Below, piece after piece: positions 5,612-6,111 of a stretch of DNA of 6,111 nucleotides. Made by a program: the position numbers and the translations under genes. Position 1 is the stretch's first letter; each line of letters starts with the position of its first letter. The stretch lies in the IMG/VR virus record IMGVR_UViG_3300045988_009285. One strand, written 5' to 3'. Below the pieces are notes generated by a model. It was not told the DNA's origin, made no database searches, and was given only the letters and a program-made list of their open reading frames with translations. Source of the DNA: a virus.

Positions 5612-5677
5612 TGTTGATAACCTGTTGATAACCTAGTAAAATCGGTTAATAAACCTGTTAATAACTTGTTGATAAAA
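5612..5677 (+). repeat. Iteron-like array A: five + strand copies of TGTT(G/A)ATAAC
   Basis: The first two copies form a perfect 11-nt tandem, tgttgataacc (5612-5622 and 5623-5633). The remaining copies are ggttaataaacc (5644-5655), tgttaataac (5656-5665) and tgttgataaaa (5667-5677). All were read directly. Confidence 0.85.
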
Positions 5678-5724
5678 TAAATGCTTATAATTTGGAATAT
5701 TGAAATGTTTTATTATAAGAAAAT

Positions 5725-5821
5725 GCTTATGAACAATGCAAATAATTTAACAGAAAGTTATGAACAAAGTTATGAACAGGATAAATGATTGAAAATAAAT
5801 GAATTAACATAGTTATGAACA
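5725..5821 (-). repeat. Iteron-like array B: four copies of (a/g)(g/c)TTATGAACA, whose reverse complement TGTTCATAAC is the array A motif with a C at the variable central base
   Basis: The copies are gcttatgaaca (5725-5735), a perfect 12-nt tandem aagttatgaaca (5755-5766 and 5767-5778), and agttatgaaca (5811-5821). On the minus strand they read TGTTCATAAC, so they face array A. Confidence 0.85.
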
Positions 5822-5905
5822 ATTTCAACAGGCTATTATCACTATAATAAGTTTTTATATATAAAAAAAGAAATAAATATATAATAATAGAATTTCTCAA
5901 AAAAT

Positions 5906-5935
5906 TTTGTGTTTTCAAAAAAATGCGTATATTTG
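5906..5935 (+). promoter_or_regulatory. Candidate Bacteroidota-type promoter: a -33 TTTG (5906-5909) and a -7 TAnnTTTG (tatatttg, 5928-5935)
   Basis: The -7 element matches the Bacteroides primary-sigma consensus TAnnTTTG exactly, with a TTTG 18 nt upstream. It sits 25 nt upstream of the ATG at 5961, which opens the long co-directional gene string. None of the gene starts has a Shine-Dalgarno sequence, as is typical of Bacteroidota. Confidence 0.5.
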
Positions 5936-5960
5936 TAATGTAATAAAAAAACAAAGAATT

Positions 5961-6092
5961 ATGAAGAATTATATGATTTATCTAGAAAGGAAAGACAGAC
6001 GTAGAACGTATAGGTACTTTAGGTTTGAGCGTAAAGCAGCTAATTTTAACAAAGCTCTAGAAGCAGCCGAAGCAAAAATTGAAAAAATATGA
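5961..6092 (+). CDS. Small, highly basic protein of 43 aa; candidate DNA-binding or packaging peptide (functional analogue of phiX J)
   Basis: The sequence is MKNYMIYLERKDRRRTYRYFRFERKAANFNKALEAAEAKIEKI. It has 13 Lys/Arg in 43 residues, 9 of them within residues 10-25. It is the first ORF after the candidate promoter, and its TGA overlaps the next ATG (ATGA at 6089-6092, equivalent to 67-70). The ORF-track start at 5907 lies upstream of the predicted promoter -7 box, so 5961 is preferred. Confidence 0.5.
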   Translation: MKNYMIYLERKDRRRTYRYFRFERKAANFNKALEAAEAKIEKI

Positions 6093-6111
6093 CGGATAGG
6101 GGAAAAAAAAC
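6023..6111. repeat. Terminal redundancy, copy 2 (identical to 1..89)
   Basis: Same as copy 1. It contains the 3' end of ORF 5961..6092 and the first 23 nt of the ORF that starts at 67 (equivalent to 6089). Confidence 0.95.

Larger units (their letters stand above)
1..6022 (+). other. One full unit of a circular Microviridae (ssDNA bacteriophage) genome, 6,022 nt
   Basis: An exact 89-nt terminal overlap gives a period of 6,022 nt. VP1 capsid, VP2 pilot and VP4 Rep are all present on one strand, with a compact overlapping gene layout. The size fits the family. Confidence 0.9.

Noticed and set aside
5680-5860. A dif-like XerC/D site (11-nt arm, 6-nt spacer, 11-nt arm with ATAA-N6-TTAT), which could mediate integration as proposed for Bacteroidota microvirus proviruses.
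   Set aside because: TTATG-containing repeats are present, but I found no pair of inverted arms with the required 6-nt spacing. The nearest candidates have spacers of 4, 5 or 8 nt or lack the second arm. The idea is kept only as a minor alternative under the iteron finding.
5727-5954. A 75-aa minus-strand ORF inside the AT-rich region.
   Set aside because: Its composition (Ile, Phe, Leu, Asn, Tyr, Lys) is what very AT-rich DNA yields in any frame. It is built largely from the iteron repeats and runs against the direction of every other gene. It would also overlap the candidate promoter.
1-6111. I looked for tRNA or tmRNA cloverleaves, rRNA, CRISPR repeat-spacer arrays, integrase, transposase or IS ends, and toxin-antitoxin pairs.
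   Set aside because: None was found. The only regularly spaced repeats are the iteron-like units (10-12 nt, without unique spacers of CRISPR size) and the 23-nt pair. No ORF carries recombinase-type motifs. The GC-rich hairpins do not assemble into a tRNA-like four-arm structure that I could trace.

Overview
The window is one complete circular ssDNA phage genome of the family Microviridae, from a non-phiX lineage (Gokushovirinae/Alpavirinae-like). It has been linearised with an overlap: nt 1-89 are identical to nt 6023-6111, so the unit length is 6,022 nt. All credible genes lie on the + strand, as expected for a microvirus. Going round the circle from a Bacteroidota-type promoter at about 5906-5935, the order is as follows. 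(1) A 43-aa highly basic ORF (5961..6092, whose tail is duplicated at 1..70). (2) Three small ORFs with no function I can recognise (67..252, 216..428, 415..666), linked by ATGA or short overlaps. (3) The major capsid protein VP1 (663..2681, 672 aa). (4) A 110-aa ORF (2693..3025). (5) The VP2 minor capsid/DNA-pilot protein (3124..4206). (6) The VP4 HUH rolling-circle replication initiator (best start 4517, end 5536). About 14% of the genome (843 of 6,022 nt by my coordinates) is non-coding and falls into three structured blocks. The first is a short spacer with a TTCG-loop hairpin (3026-3123). The second is a visibly GC-rich block with a 23-nt direct repeat and a compound hairpin (4207-4516). 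The third is a very AT-rich block of about 420 nt (5537-5960) carrying nine copies of a TGTTNATAAC motif, five on one strand followed by four on the other. The most interesting items are this iteron-like array as a candidate origin or protein-binding platform, a tiny putative lipoprotein or membrane protein (216..428) as a candidate lysis or superinfection-exclusion factor, and the uncharacterised small-ORF module upstream of VP1. I saw no tRNA, rRNA, CRISPR array, integrase or transposase. All homology statements come from motif recognition by eye, not from database searches.
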